A stretch of 64,000 bases of DNA, from positions 2,670,508 through 2,734,507 of the forward strand of contig MU058584.1 of NCBI GenBank assembly GCA_013265495.1, read 5' to 3'. This DNA is from Vicugna vicugna. Lineage: Eukaryota. A program made the position numbers and the translations under genes. The notes under the pieces are model-generated. The model was not told the origin of the DNA and ran no database searches. It saw nothing but the letters and a program-made list of their open reading frames with translations. Shown piece after piece: positions 1 through 11,125 of the stretch. Position 1 is the stretch's first letter, and each line of letters starts with the position of its first letter.

Positions 1-184
1 GCTGTACCAATATTAATTTCTTGGTTTACAGGTTTACATGGTACATTTATCAAAATGTACCTCTAAATGTAAAATGTTAACATTAGGAGAAGCTGGGTGA
101 AGACTGTATGGGGACATCTGTCCCATTTTGCAATTGCACTGTAAATCTAAAATTTTATATCCAGATTTTTAAAGTTTTAAAAAA
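1..184 (+). mobile_element. Old L1M (L1MC/ME-like) 3' end fragment
   Basis: 'aaaatgttaacattaggagaagctgggtgaag...ttttgcaatt..ctgtaaatctaaaatt' resembles L1M 3' termini and ends in an A-run. Confidence 0.65.
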
Positions 185-238
185 CCACTGTGCAGCACAT
201 TCGCAGATGACTTCTGATGTTAAAAGACAATGTGAAGA

Positions 239-376
239 GGGGGAAGGTATAGCTCAGTGGTAGAGTACTTGCGTAGCGTGAGTACATGAGGTCCTAGGTT
301 CAATCCCCAGTACTTCCATTAAATAAATAAACCTAATTACCTCCTCCCTAAAAGAAAATTTAAAAAAAAAGAAAGA
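239..376 (+). mobile_element. tRNA-derived SINE (Vic-1-like), long-tail type
   Basis: A box TAGCTCAGTGG, B box GGTTCAATCCC, tail taaataaacctaattacctcc, A-rich end. TSD aaagacaatgtgaaga (223-238) / aaagaaaatgtgaaga (376-391). Confidence 0.92.
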
Positions 377-559
377 AAGAAAATGTGAAGATAAGACAGC
401 TAGGTAATTTAAAAATGCAACATGGACCAGCCAGGAGCCATGATTGCCTATAATCAGCCCTCGAGTCCTCACCCCTTCTCCTAGGTCAAAAAAAGCTAAC
501 GAATCATGGGCCACATCAATAAAATATGATGTCTATGACAAGCAGTAATAACAGCGTGG

Positions 560-935
560 TGCTAGTTCAGAGCACACAGAGAAGACTTTATCCTCTTCTG
601 GGTGGTACCTTCTAAAGAGAATGTAGTATTTTTACAGATAGAGCAAAGAGCTTCTTCTAAGGGATGGTTGGAAGAATGAGGAAGAGCTGGAATGGAAAAG
701 AGAAGACTTAGTGGGTATAAGGGTCTCCATCTTCAACGAGAAGGGCTGCCACATGTTGGGGAGACTGAGCTCCTCCTGAAAGCTAAACCAAGGCCAAGGT
801 TGAGGGTACACATGGAAACGGACATGAGGGTTTGACATAACAATTCTGACAATCCACACTGAGAATGTGAGGTCGAGAGCTCCATGTGGTTAGACAAACT
901 CAAACAGAGGCTAGATAAACATCTGGTGGGGGTCT
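560..935 (+). mobile_element. Degenerate CR1/L3 LINE 3' fragment
   Basis: 'gaaaagagaagacttag...agaagggctgccacatg...caaacagaggctagataaacatctg' resembles the CR1/L3 3' region. Confidence 0.5.
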
Positions 936-1353
936 GGACTGGATAACCTCTAACGTGCCTACCAACTGCTCCAGATTCTCTTATCAAGGAGGCACAGGCA
1001 CGACTGTTGCCAGGTGTCTCCCCGAGGCTCCTGGCATCCACGTTACCCAGTTAACCCAAAGAAAATGGTCTGACTCTAGCTAAAAATTCCATTCTGCTGC
1101 TTTGAGAGGCTGCTTCAAGGCTACTGGCAAGGCAGGGACCAGGACAAAAGAGGGTTTTCTGGCCACACAAGAAAAGGACATCCAGCAGCTGAGCACCTCC
1201 TGAGTTTGGTGTCCCACACAGCTCTAAAGGTGCCACGCGCTTCTGTGTAAGTCGGAAGAGTCAGCATATTTATAAAACCATGTATCCTAGGTTTAGGCAG
1301 CCCGTGAGGTCACTAACTCTAGTCTTCCACCAACTTGAATTAAAATGTTAAGA

Positions 1354-1846
1354 AAGCCACTATGGAGGGCAGCATGGGGGTTCCTTAAGAAACGAAAAAC
1401 AGACTTACCATATGACCCAGGAATCCCGCTCCTGGGCATATATCCAGAAGGAACCCTACTTCAAAATGACACCTGCACCCCAGTGTTCATAGCAGCACTA
1501 TTTACAATAGCCAAGACATAGAAAAAACAAAAATGTCCATCAACAGACGACTGGATAAAGAAGATGTAGTATGTACATATATACGTATGTATGTATTTAT
1601 TTATTAATTAATATATATATGTAAAAGTACTCAGCCATAAAAAAAGAATGAAATAATGCCATTTGCAGCAACATGGATGAACCCAGAGATGATCATATTA
1701 AGTGAAGTTAAGTCAAAAACAAATATCATATGATATCACTTCTATGTGGGATCTAAAAAAAAAAATGAATAAATCACTCTGCTTTATACTTGAAACTAAC
1801 ATTGCAAATCAACTACACTTCAATAAAAAATTTAAAAATAAATACA
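1354..1846 (+). mobile_element. 5'-truncated lineage-specific L1 (ORF2 end + internally deleted 3'UTR)
   Basis: ORF2-end motifs 'ttaccatatgacccag..atccc.ctcctgggcatatatcc', 'ttcatagcagcactatttacaatagccaagac', 'atgccatttgcagcaacatggatg'; caataaa + A-rich tail; perfect 13-bp TSD taaaatgttaaga (1341-1353, 1847-1859). Confidence 0.93.
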
Positions 1847-1859
1847 TAAAATGTTAAGA

Positions 1860-2502
1860 GACAAGCAGGTTTATTTCCCACAAAGGGAGTCTAGCCTGCA
1901 CACTTTCTGGACATGGTTCTACCCTATGTTGAACCAAAACTTGTCATTTCACCCTCACTACATGGATCGGTATCCTTGGGTGTGACTCTCATTCCTTCCT
2001 TAGCCTTGTTTTTTAAAAGCTAAATACACGGAGTTTCTTTAGCTATGTACCATTTAACAAGCTAACCACGCTCCTGAAGACTCTAGTTAGTGATGTCCTG
2101 AAATGCATCGTTTAAAATTAAACCAAATAGCCTAAATGTACTCTGACCATTGCAAAAAAAATAATGGAACTATAATGACATGTTGGAGACATTGTAGGTC
2201 TAGTAGCGCAGCATATAGCCTTTTGGCTCCTATTGACTTTACAATCAATTAAAACCCCATGTGAAATTCCCTGAAAAGAGGCCCTGTTCCATATAATCAC
2301 TGTTGAATTTTGGAACTCCATGGTTAGATTTCATCTTGCTGACTTTGGGCTGCTCTGTTAGCCTGTCAAAATCTTTTTGAACATTGAGAATATCAGCTGT
2401 CCCACCAGCCCTCCCCGCCAGGTTTGTGTCATCTGCAGATCAAGTAAACCTGCCTTTGGTGTCTTCATCCAAGCCATCAGCAAAAACATTAAAGATGACA
2501 GG
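1860..2502 (-). mobile_element. Degenerate CR1/L3 LINE including RT remnant
   Basis: Reverse complement of 'tttgtgtcatctgcagat' (~2423-2440) encodes xADDTK, the CR1 RT catalytic motif; the adjacent 'tcttcatccaagccatcagcaaaaacatt' also fits L3. Confidence 0.65.
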
Positions 2503-2927
2503 TCACTCAGTCATTCATTCCAGCAGATACTCACGAAGCACCTACAGTGTGTACAGCGCTCAGGGCAGAAATGAGAGGAGAAACGATTTGTATTGGGACA
2601 GATTCTAAAATTGTTTGCCTTCTGAAAACCCCTAATGTGAGGTGGACTTCTTTCCTTGAAGACCTAACTCAACTCATTAGGTACTTACTGATCACTTACT
2701 CTGTTGGCATCATGCTAAGCCTTGTTAAGGGAACAAAGGAATTAAAAGTTACTACCCTCTTCTCTAGAAGCTGGTCCTCTCATCAGTGAGGCTGTCCTTT
2801 GATGCACAAGACACTTTATGCTGCAAGACAGGCAACGTTTATATAACTGACAAAATGAGTGGTACAGAGAACATCTTTGATTCTGGTTGAGACTTTTATG
2901 TCGTTTCATTTAAAGCTGCAAAAACAA

Positions 2928-3320
2928 TGACAGATTTTTAGAGCTGAAAGGGACACAGAGGTCTTCTAGAACCATCTTCCCCTCCCACTTCCCCAATAAT
3001 AGTTTCAACAAGTGGAGATCTATCTCTCTCTCGGGGACTTTATTAGCTCTTATAGAATGACACTGTAACATTCCCTATGTTGAGCCAAATTTCCGTCCCT
3101 TTATCTTTTCATCTATAGTCTAAGTACTCAATGGGCTTGTTAAAGAATTTAATGAATTCTGATTCTTCTCTCTGATGTCAAGGGAAGAAAAAATAGGTCT
3201 GCTCCAACCATTTGAAGGCGACAATGATGTTCTCATTTAGTCTTTACTTTTCTAGCCTAAATATCTACAATTCCTTCATCTGACATGGTTTGGAGACCTC
3301 CTCACCCCTACGTCACTCTT
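2928..3320 (-). mobile_element. Degenerate CR1/L3 3' fragment
   Basis: 'ttttagagctgaaagggacacagaggtcttctagaacc' and 'ttttctagcctaaatatctacaattccttca' resemble reverse-oriented L3. Confidence 0.55.
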
Positions 3321-3925
3321 GTCATTCATGTCTCGCTGCCATGCCTGGCAAAAAGCAAGCATTAAAGATATGTCAACTGAACAAATATATGAATAAATGA
3401 ACTGGGAAGCACCAGTTTGTCAATATCAGCCTCAAAAAGAAATGCCCAGAACTACGAAACGTGTTGCTGAAAAGGTCAGAAAAGTGGACCCATTGCAGTT
3501 TGCTAGCTCTGAACATTGTTCTTTCCATGCTACTTAGACCCAGCTTCTCCTTTTTGTCTTTGCACATGAGGAGGGGGAAAGCCACTAATGATTCATACTG
3601 TCTGTAGCCAACTAAAGTCTGTAATTGGAAAATAGTGGTCAAGACTCATACGATTGTATATCAAGAGAGGCTAGACCACAGTGTTTATTTCCACATGAGA
3701 AAGAGTGGTATGTCCTTCTGGGTGTGTGTGTCTTTCTAAGGTCATGCTGGTACTCTGATCTCCATGGCACCTAAGCCCCTTGGGAATTTGAAGGCTTTGG
3801 ACTATTCTGCAGAGGAGGTCTAGGGGGGTGGGCACAGCACAAAGCCTAAAGGGAAAGACAGGATGAGCTGACGTTCTACTAAGTGGAGGCCATGAAGCTC
3901 AGTTTCAGATGGGCCCAGTTATCCC

Positions 3926-3980
3926 CATTCAATTGTCAGACATTCGATACGTCAGTGACACATTCGATATGTCAGTGGCA
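3926..3980. repeat. 20-bp tandem duplication (two full copies plus a partial)
   Basis: cattcgatacgtcagtgaca (3941-3960), cattcgatatgtcagtggca (3961-3980), partial cattcaattgtcaga before them. Confidence 0.85.
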
Positions 3981-4189
3981 GTGTTCCCCACAGGGAGAAA
4001 TTTCTCTCAAATTAAAACATCCAGGAAAACTTGAGACCAATGAGTCCGATAGGAGTTGGGATCGTCCTGGCGTCAACTTACTTAAGGCTGCAAGCAGAGT
4101 CAGGCAAGAAGAACCCACTGGGAGGTAAAGGAAGCACCTGCCGCGAAGACGCCACCACCAGTAGGCACTTGGCTCGGTGAGCACCGGCA

Positions 4190-4400
4190 CTTACTGAACA
4201 CCAGCCTGTGGACAGACGTTTATTTTCACTCCCCCAAATAAAACCAGCAGCTAGGCATGATGATCACCATTTACAGTTGTGGAGACTGAGGCTGAGAGAG
4301 GTTCTGAAACTTGCCCAGAGTCACGCAGATCCACGTGGTGCAGCCAGAATGAGGCCCCCGCCTGACAGCCTCCAAAGCTCCCAGACCCAAGCATCAAGGC
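4190..4400 (-). mobile_element. MIR SINE
   Basis: 'ccatttacagttgtggagactgaggctgagagaggttctgaaacttgcccagagtcac' matches the MIR core in reverse. Confidence 0.8.
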
Positions 4401-4410
4401 CACAGGGCTT

Positions 4411-4900
4411 TGTTCATTCTGCAACAAAGACTGTATCGAGCGCCCTCAGTGGCCCGGGCCTGTGCTAAGCTCTGCAGATACAGTGGTAAAAAAGACACAC
4501 ACAGTCCCTCATGGGGCTAAGCCCACTGGCGGGAACAGCAAACAGCCAAAGAAGCGACCGCAGTCAAGTGGGACCCACGCTGCGGCAGGAGAGGTCAAGG
4601 TGAACTCACCCAGCATGCGGGAACAAGAGTCCTTCTCAATGAGACAGGCCCTAGAAAGAAGCTTAAAGGATACGCTCGCGAGACCAAAGAGTAGGGGAGA
4701 GAGGCAGAGTGGGAATAAACTCTTGAGATTTGGAGGCAAGTGGGAGACAATGCTGTGTGCTGAGTGCAGAGGAGAGTGGTCAGAGGCTCCCACGAGGCTG
4801 GAGAGACGGGCAGAGTGAGATTCCAGAGGCCTCGGAAGCCGGGGTCAGGGAGGTGGAGCCGGGCTGGAATTGGCAAGGCGAGGACATGCAAGGGCACAGG
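4411..4900 (-). mobile_element. L2 3' fragment
   Basis: 'ttcattctgcaacaaa...gagcgcc...ggcctgtgctaagctctgcagatacagtggtaaa...ccctcatggggct' matches the L2 3' end in reverse. Confidence 0.7.
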
Positions 4901-5285
4901 GATGTCACCTCATTGGATCTCACAGATTCTTGGGGGGAAAGGGAGGCTGGGCTAAGACAACCCTGCCCTGTAGATGGACACCCTGGGAAGGCATTCCACG
5001 CTTCCACTTGGGCAGTTTTAATCTCTCTTTGTGAAACCAGCTCTGAAAAGTCTCCGAACTTCTCCCATCTCCTCTCTTTTCCCTCCCCAGGGAGGGTGGG
5101 TGAGTCTTGGGTGGGCGCAGCTAGTCTAGACCCTTTCTTTATGTGACCCACCAAGCCTTACAGATTGCTGCTTTCCCACTTGACAGATGAGAAAACAAAG
5201 GCTAGTGACTGTGCAGACGGGATTATTGGTTCCAGTTCATCAGTCCCTTGAACAGCTTTATGCACCTCTACCCCGGCAGGGCTGT

Positions 5286-5709
5286 GTGGTACGTGCACTG
5301 TATCTCTCCCCGCTTGGACTTTGGGTTTCATCTTCTAATTTGATTCGGCCAGTGAAACATTAGCAGACATGATATGAGCAGAGGCTTGAAATGTGCTTTA
5401 TGCTTGAGCATGCCTTCTTGCATGTTTGCCACTGCCAAGAGGAGACCATACTCTGCAGCTGTTGCTTCTCAAGCCTGGACTCCAGACTGAATCACACAGA
5501 GCAAACTTGAACCTGGTTTACAGCCTAGAGCTAAACTCAGCTGAGATGGGCAGTTTCCAGGCAACTTGAAGACATTCAGCCTAAAGCGGAGCCACTTCTG
5601 TTAACCCAGAGACAAGTGAATGTGTGACTAAGTGTTTACCGTTGTATGCCATGGAATTTGGGGGTAATTTGTTATGCAGCATCATCATGATGATACCTGA
5701 CTGATAAGA
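5286..5709 (+). mobile_element. MaLR solo LTR (MLT1I/J-like)
   Basis: 'ggactttggg...ggccagtgaaacattagcagacatgat..gagcagaggcttgaaatgtgct' and terminus 'atttggggg taatttgttatgcagcat...ctgactgata'. Confidence 0.8.
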
Positions 5710-5866
5710 GCTTACTCTGAGCTTACAGAGAAACTTCCTGGAATGCACAGTGCTGCCTTGCCATGGGACAAGGCTGCCCTGGAGGCTGGCCCTCTAGGGA
5801 GAAAGCAACGCAGACTGCCGCCACCGCACTCCACTGTCCCACCCCGTGCCCCCTGCCCGCCACGGC

Positions 5867-5872
5867 ACTCAC
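5867..5872 (-). other. LMX1A: 5' splice donor GTGAGT
   Basis: CAG|GTGAGT consensus at the point where the LMX1A protein match ends (..SDS-G). Confidence 0.93.
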
Positions 5873-6105
5873 CTGAGTCTGATGCTGCTGGGCTCACCAG
5901 GCTGAGCAGCTCCCGCTCCTTCTCGTAGTCCCCTTTGCAGAGCAGCTGCCCCTCCTTCAGGACAAACTCATCGCCCTTCTGGAGCTGCCGCTCGCAGACG
6001 CAGCAGCAGAAGCAGCTCAGGTGGTACACGCTCTTCTGGGCCCGCATAACAAACTCGTTGGGTGCGATGGCCTCAAAGCAGCCGCCACATTTGACAGCAA
6101 ACAGC
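5873..6105 (-). CDS. LMX1A: LMX1A internal coding exon (233 nt; LIM2 domain; corresponds to human exon 4)
   Basis: Minus-strand translation (K)[77 protein letters not shown](G) matches mammalian LMX1A as I recall it and has the LIM C-x2-C...H-x2-C-x2-C-x2-C...C-x2-D pattern. It is flanked by a polypyrimidine tract + AG (6107-6106) and a consensus donor CAG|GTGAGT. 233 = 1+77x3+1 (phase 2 to phase 1). Confidence 0.97.
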
Positions 6106-6142
6106 CTGGCAGCAGGAGAGAAAGGAAAGCAAGGTCTGTGAG
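6106..6142 (-). other. LMX1A: 3' splice site of the upstream intron (branch candidate, polypyrimidine tract, AG)
   Basis: Minus strand reads CTCACAGACCTTGCTTTCCTTTCTCTCCTGCTGCCAG|G; CTCAC branch candidate about 34 nt upstream of the exon. Confidence 0.85.
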
Positions 6143-6374
6143 GAAGATCCAGCTGGGACCCAGGTCTCCCCTCAAGTCAATAGCGAGAGGAACTTCCAGA
6201 ACGAGGAGAAGGACACTTGGAATGGAACAGACTTTAAATCCAGATGCTCTATTCCCTGAGGTTGAACCGAGGAATTCAGCTGAGTCACTCTCTCAAAGGC
6301 TTAAGAGAAGCAGCGTCAGAGGCACTGGAAGAAGCGTGAGCTAAAGCCCGGGTGTATTTGGCATGGTCCACAGC

Positions 6375-6562
6375 ACAGGGTTCCCAAAGGGTGCTCTACA
6401 GACTGGCGCCCGGAGTTTCCAGGGGGCTGATTATTAAACAAAATAACAGTAACTAAAAGATCCGGGCCCATTCTGATCAGCATGCAAAAGGGCGGGCCCT
6501 AGAATGTGAATTTTTAACAAGCTCCCCAGAGCATTCTGAGGTGTAATCTAGTTTTTGGGAGA
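6375..6562. mobile_element. MER5-like hAT-Charlie MITE
   Basis: Ends 'cagggttcccaaag' and 'gtttttgggagaca'; internal 'gggccctagaatgtgaatttttaacaagctcccca...attctga'. Confidence 0.7.
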
Positions 6563-9500
6563 CAAACTGCATCCTGGCTCCCCAGCCTTACGTTCAGTGG
6601 ATCCCGCCCAGCTCTCAGGACTTAACTCTTATCTCATTTCACTCACTTTCAAGCAACCACACAGAGGGCGCCTATCCAGGCCAAGCAGAGGCAGTCGGTA
6701 CAAGTGATGTACAGGTGAATAAAAGAAAATCCCTTCCAGAAGTGAGCTCAGGCTAACAGGAGAGATAGATACGTCTAAGAAACTGAGCCAAGGCTTGGGG
6801 AATGGATAGAAGCTGCCTCCTGCGAATCTCCCGGGGAACAGCCTCCCTGGACAGAGGCCAGCCTGCAGGTGACTCCAGCACAGCTGAGGATTAGACGTGC
6901 ACGTGCTGTCTCCCTCCTAACCCAGGCCTTGGGCCCCTACTCCGATCCTCCCTGCCCTCGGCCATCAGAAGCACATCAGAAACACCCTCCCTGACCTGCC
7001 TTCCCTCTGCCTCTCAATCTCAGAAAGCAGGGTGAGGGTGGGGGAGCAGTGCCAAGGGCTAACATGGCTCTTTCAACACTCACAAGGGATGTGACAGCCC
7101 CAAAACAGAACTCGGGGTACCACAGCCCTGCCCCTGCCCTCTCCCTTCCTCCAGCTGCCCAATGTGGCTGTGTTGTCCATGTCTGGACCTCAGGGCACCT
7201 CGGGCCCTTGAAGCACAGCCCTTACTCCCTGCCCCCAAGCTGGGTGTCGTGCCTCGGACAGAAAATCCACCCAGCTCATCCCCGGCCCCGAGTCCCTAGA
7301 CACTGTTTGCCAACCGGAGCAAACTCATCAGTGCTGTAACAGGCGCCAGGCAAAGGCCCTTTGTCCCCAAGCCCTCCTTCTCCTCCCCGTGCCCCGGAAT
7401 GACCTGTTAAACAGACTCAAGGCAAAGGCTCTCACACGTCCTTGAGAATCCACAGCCACAGGTGGTGACATCCGTGCATGTCTAGCTCCTGCCCTGTCAA
7501 TCTCCTCCTCTTCCTCCTCCCTCCTTCGTTGCATCCTCCACTCCAAAAGTTTCCCCCAAGGTGGACAAGGAATGGTTAGGGTGAGCTCAACAAAGAAATC
7601 CCACCACGTTGACTCAGGAAGGGCCAGGGGAAGTGGCGGGAGTCGCCTGGGCTCAAATCCTGAAATGGTCACGATCAGTGAGGATACAGACCGGGAAGAG
7701 GGGGGCAGTCCTGTTCCTCTCCATTCTCTCCATCGGCTCCCCCCGACTCTGGGTAAAGACCAGGTCGACCTCTCCTTGCTGCCTTGGCTCTCGTTACCCT
7801 CGCTCACCCCGGAGCAACCCAAGGAGCAAAGGCACACGCCGTCCACCACCTGTGTGCCAGATGTGTACACAGCTGGACGGGTACCACTGTGGACCCAGCT
7901 GCCGACTACACACTTCCCACAAGTTGTTTTCTCTAAGGCTCAGACAAGCAGAGAAAAGGATTTGTTCCAAAGTCCAGGTCGTAATTAAAACACAGCCTGT
8001 CTCTTCCCAATGCCCTGGATGGCGGCCCCCATGGCGACTTCCCCCTCTGAATGCTAATGAGACCTCACTCTGGGTTCGGAGCCTGGCAGCCCGGCTGTGC
8101 CCTGGAAAGCTGAGCACGGCTTCCAGAAATGTCTAGCTCTTCTAGACAGGCATGACAACTCTCCACGTCGCCCATCGTTAAAAACTTGCCTACCTCTGAA
8201 AGCCCTTCAAATAGTTCTTTGTCTCTTCGCTGCATCTAATTCCCTCACCTGTAACAGGAGAATGACAGGATCTAGCTGGAGGGGAGGCACCCAGTATGGA
8301 GCCTGTCCCAGCGGCCCGAGCTCTCTGTCAGCTCCCCCTCCCCTACTGCACGCCCTCTGGGGGGCAGGCAGGAGGATGGGGTGTGTACAAGGCTGCCCTG
8401 TCCTCAGGGAGCTCACGTTCTCCAGCACGAAGCAGGCTCCACGCACGTGACCACAGGAGGGTGTGTTGAGGGTAAGTAGGAGGGGACTGGCCAGCATGGG
8501 CCAAAGCAGAGCCCCATCCACTTGGCTCAGACTGAGGGCCACCGAATCTTCCTTCTCGCCCTTCCCTCCCCCTCCCCCCACATCCCTCTCCTTCCCCCCT
8601 CTACCAGGCAAGGGAGTAGAGACTGGCTGAAATTCCATGCAGCCCCTTGCTTCCACCCCTCCTTGTACAGCCACAAGCTCCTAGACATGCAGGCTGGAGT
8701 TGCGGTGAGAGTCGCGACGTCCAGTCAGTGTGACTCAGAGCCCATCACTTGATCCTTTGCAGCCTCAGTTTGCAGACGTGTAGGAGGCAGTAACGATGCC
8801 TACACTCCTGGATCACTGAGGATCAAATGAGAGCAGGTATGAGGAGGAACTTTGTGACCAATAAGGTAGAGCACAATTCTGAGTTACTTATATCTGCCCC
8901 GCCTCCATCTTTTCACCTTTGTGAATATTTGTTTGTTTGTTTGTTTTTGCTCCAAAGGTGGCTCTCCGTGTTGAGTTTCCTGGGCCCTGTCCTAAGAGAA
9001 TCCTTCTTCCTCAGCAGCAGGGGTCCTTCTGCTGACTCCGCCCAGCTCTGACAGGGCCTGACTTCATCTCTAAAGAGTGACTCAGGAGATGAACGCGGGG
9101 ACACACGCGTCGCGGGGCCGCCAGGCAGACACACACCTTAGACAAGGCGCATCCTCTCGCCACAGTGCGCCGAGATCATGCGAGGGAAGGAGTGTTTCTC
9201 GTAACTGCCCTGTATGAGGCGCCCTGGAGGGCAGCCAAGAAGGAAAGGAAAGGTGACCCGATTCAGGGAAAGAGCACAGGACTTGCAGGAGGAAGACCTG
9301 GGCTCAAAGGTTCTTCTTTAACCCAGAGGCCTCTGAAAAGCCCCCATCTTTCCCTGGGCCTCCGTTTTCTTAACTGTAATGGGAAAGTACTGCCCTAGAT
9401 CAGTGTCTCAGCAGGACACACCCTTGCAGGGGTAATTCTCCAAACAAGTATCTTCCAGAACCATGCTGTTCACAGATCTATGTACACACACACACACATA

Positions 9501-9726
9501 CACATATGTATATATATAATCACATATATAGATGTAATATATATCTAAACAAAACAGCTAAGGCCAAAAAAGATTATGATGTATGCATGAACACACAGAC
9601 ATACAAAACATACATACACACACCAGCTAAAACCAACAACTCATTCCCATCCTTTCTCTCTTTCTCCCCATCTATATAGTTAGTATAAATATATATATAT
9701 TTCTAGAAAGAATTTTCTTTATTTCC

Positions 9727-9734
9727 CTATCTAT

Positions 9735-9784
<50 letters not shown>
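9727..9784. repeat. (CTAT)n tetranucleotide microsatellite
   Basis: About 14 CTAT units with one variant unit. Confidence 0.95.
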
Positions 9785-10949
9785 GTCTCTAGAAAAGATT
9801 TTGTTTGAAGAAAGCAGTTTGCCCTAGGGGAACATTGAAAACTCACCACGCTGGATAATCTCTTAACTCCCTCCCATTTTTATGATTCATGCTTTTATTA
9901 CAGGGCTGGGAACCCTACTCTGCAGCAAAGGAGATGAGGATGTTTTAAAAGCAGATACAAAGGCCTGACACGTGAAAAACTCCTACAGAAGAAGTCTCAG
10001 GCGATCAAGACAGAGGCCAGACCTCTAGGAAGCGATGGCACATCCTGTCCTGTGGAGGTTCCAGCAGAAAGACGGCGGGCAGCCAGGCCACCGTGTGGGC
10101 ACCTGGGCTCCGTGCTGGTTATGTGAGCTCAAGAAAATCGGTCACCAGCCTAGACATTGGGGTCCTCACCATCAGAATCTATTTCATCCCCCAAGTTATT
10201 TTACTGCAAAGAAAAAGAAGCTTGTAACAGACAGAAAAAAGGAAACTGGTATTTACTGAACACTCATTTGGTGCCAGGAATTTTGGTGTCTCTGACATTT
10301 CTTACGTCACTAAATTTGTGAGAGAAGAGCACATGAAATTGTTATATGGACTCAAAGAGAATCCCACCTTATTTCAGCTCAGCTTGGTTCATGAGGCTTC
10401 TCTTCCACAAGAGAAAGAGAGAGACTCTGGGACAGCAGACTCATAGCTTCTTTTTCCCAATTTCTCTCTTATAACCTCTCTAGCACTATTGTCAGAGGAG
10501 AAATAGGCAAAATGATCAAGCCGCTTAGATGGCTGCCTCAGCTCCCGCGAGGTTTCCCGGAAGGGCCCGTGGCTCTGGAGGAGGTCCTGAGGCTCTGCTG
10601 CCCACACGCAGGTGAACAGGCAGGAGTCAGTCACCAAGTCCATCCCTTCAGCTACTCAGCTCTTGGGCCCCGAGGTATCTGAAGGGATCCCCAAAAGAGG
10701 TGCGTCCTCTATGGATTTAGGTTAAGAACAACAGTGTCTGGACGATGCTCTTTGACCCAACACCACCATGCTCTGATACCAAAAAGATTGGGAAACAAGA
10801 CAACCCTTCCTAGAACCCCATTTGCTGGGGAATTTCCACAGCATAGGCAGAAATGTAGGCCAGTGAGGCTGGACCCAGAAAGACCCAAGGAAGCCCACCC
10901 AGAGAGACCGGGTTGTAGAAACAGTAAGACAAGGAGGCAACATGGTGTA

Positions 10950-11125
10950 ATCAAACTTAGATCCAAGTCGCTATTTCACCACTTATTGGCTATGTGCCGT
11001 TGGTCAGGCTACAATAAAAGGACCTACCTCACAGAGTGACTGTGAGAATTAACTGAACTGATGCATTAGAACTGCTTAGCATAGTGCTTAGCACATGGTA
11101 AATCCTCAATAAAATGGTAACTACG
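10950..11125 (+). mobile_element. MIR SINE (internally deleted)
   Basis: 'ccacttattggctatgtg...acctacctcacagagtgactgtgagaattaactga...gcttagcatagtgcttagcacatggtaaatcctcaataaa'. Confidence 0.75.

Larger units (their letters stand above)
1..5872 (-). other. LMX1A: LMX1A intron downstream of the LIM2 exon (partial)
   Basis: Begins with GTGAGT; the next exon (KSDDEE...KRPKRPRT) is not in the window. Confidence 0.85.

Noticed and set aside
239..320. tRNA gene (also at the other SINE heads)
   Set aside because: A and B boxes are present, but the cloverleaf is imperfect and each copy has a SINE tail, A-rich end and usually a TSD.
5712..6047. 111-aa ORF as a stand-alone gene
   Set aside because: It starts at an internal Met of the LMX1A exon and runs past the splice donor; the real coding unit is the spliced exon 6105-5873.
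7328..8136. Overlapping 138-180 aa ORFs on both strands
   Set aside because: No recognisable domain, low-complexity P/R/S/G composition, and several frames open at once, as expected in GC-rich intron.
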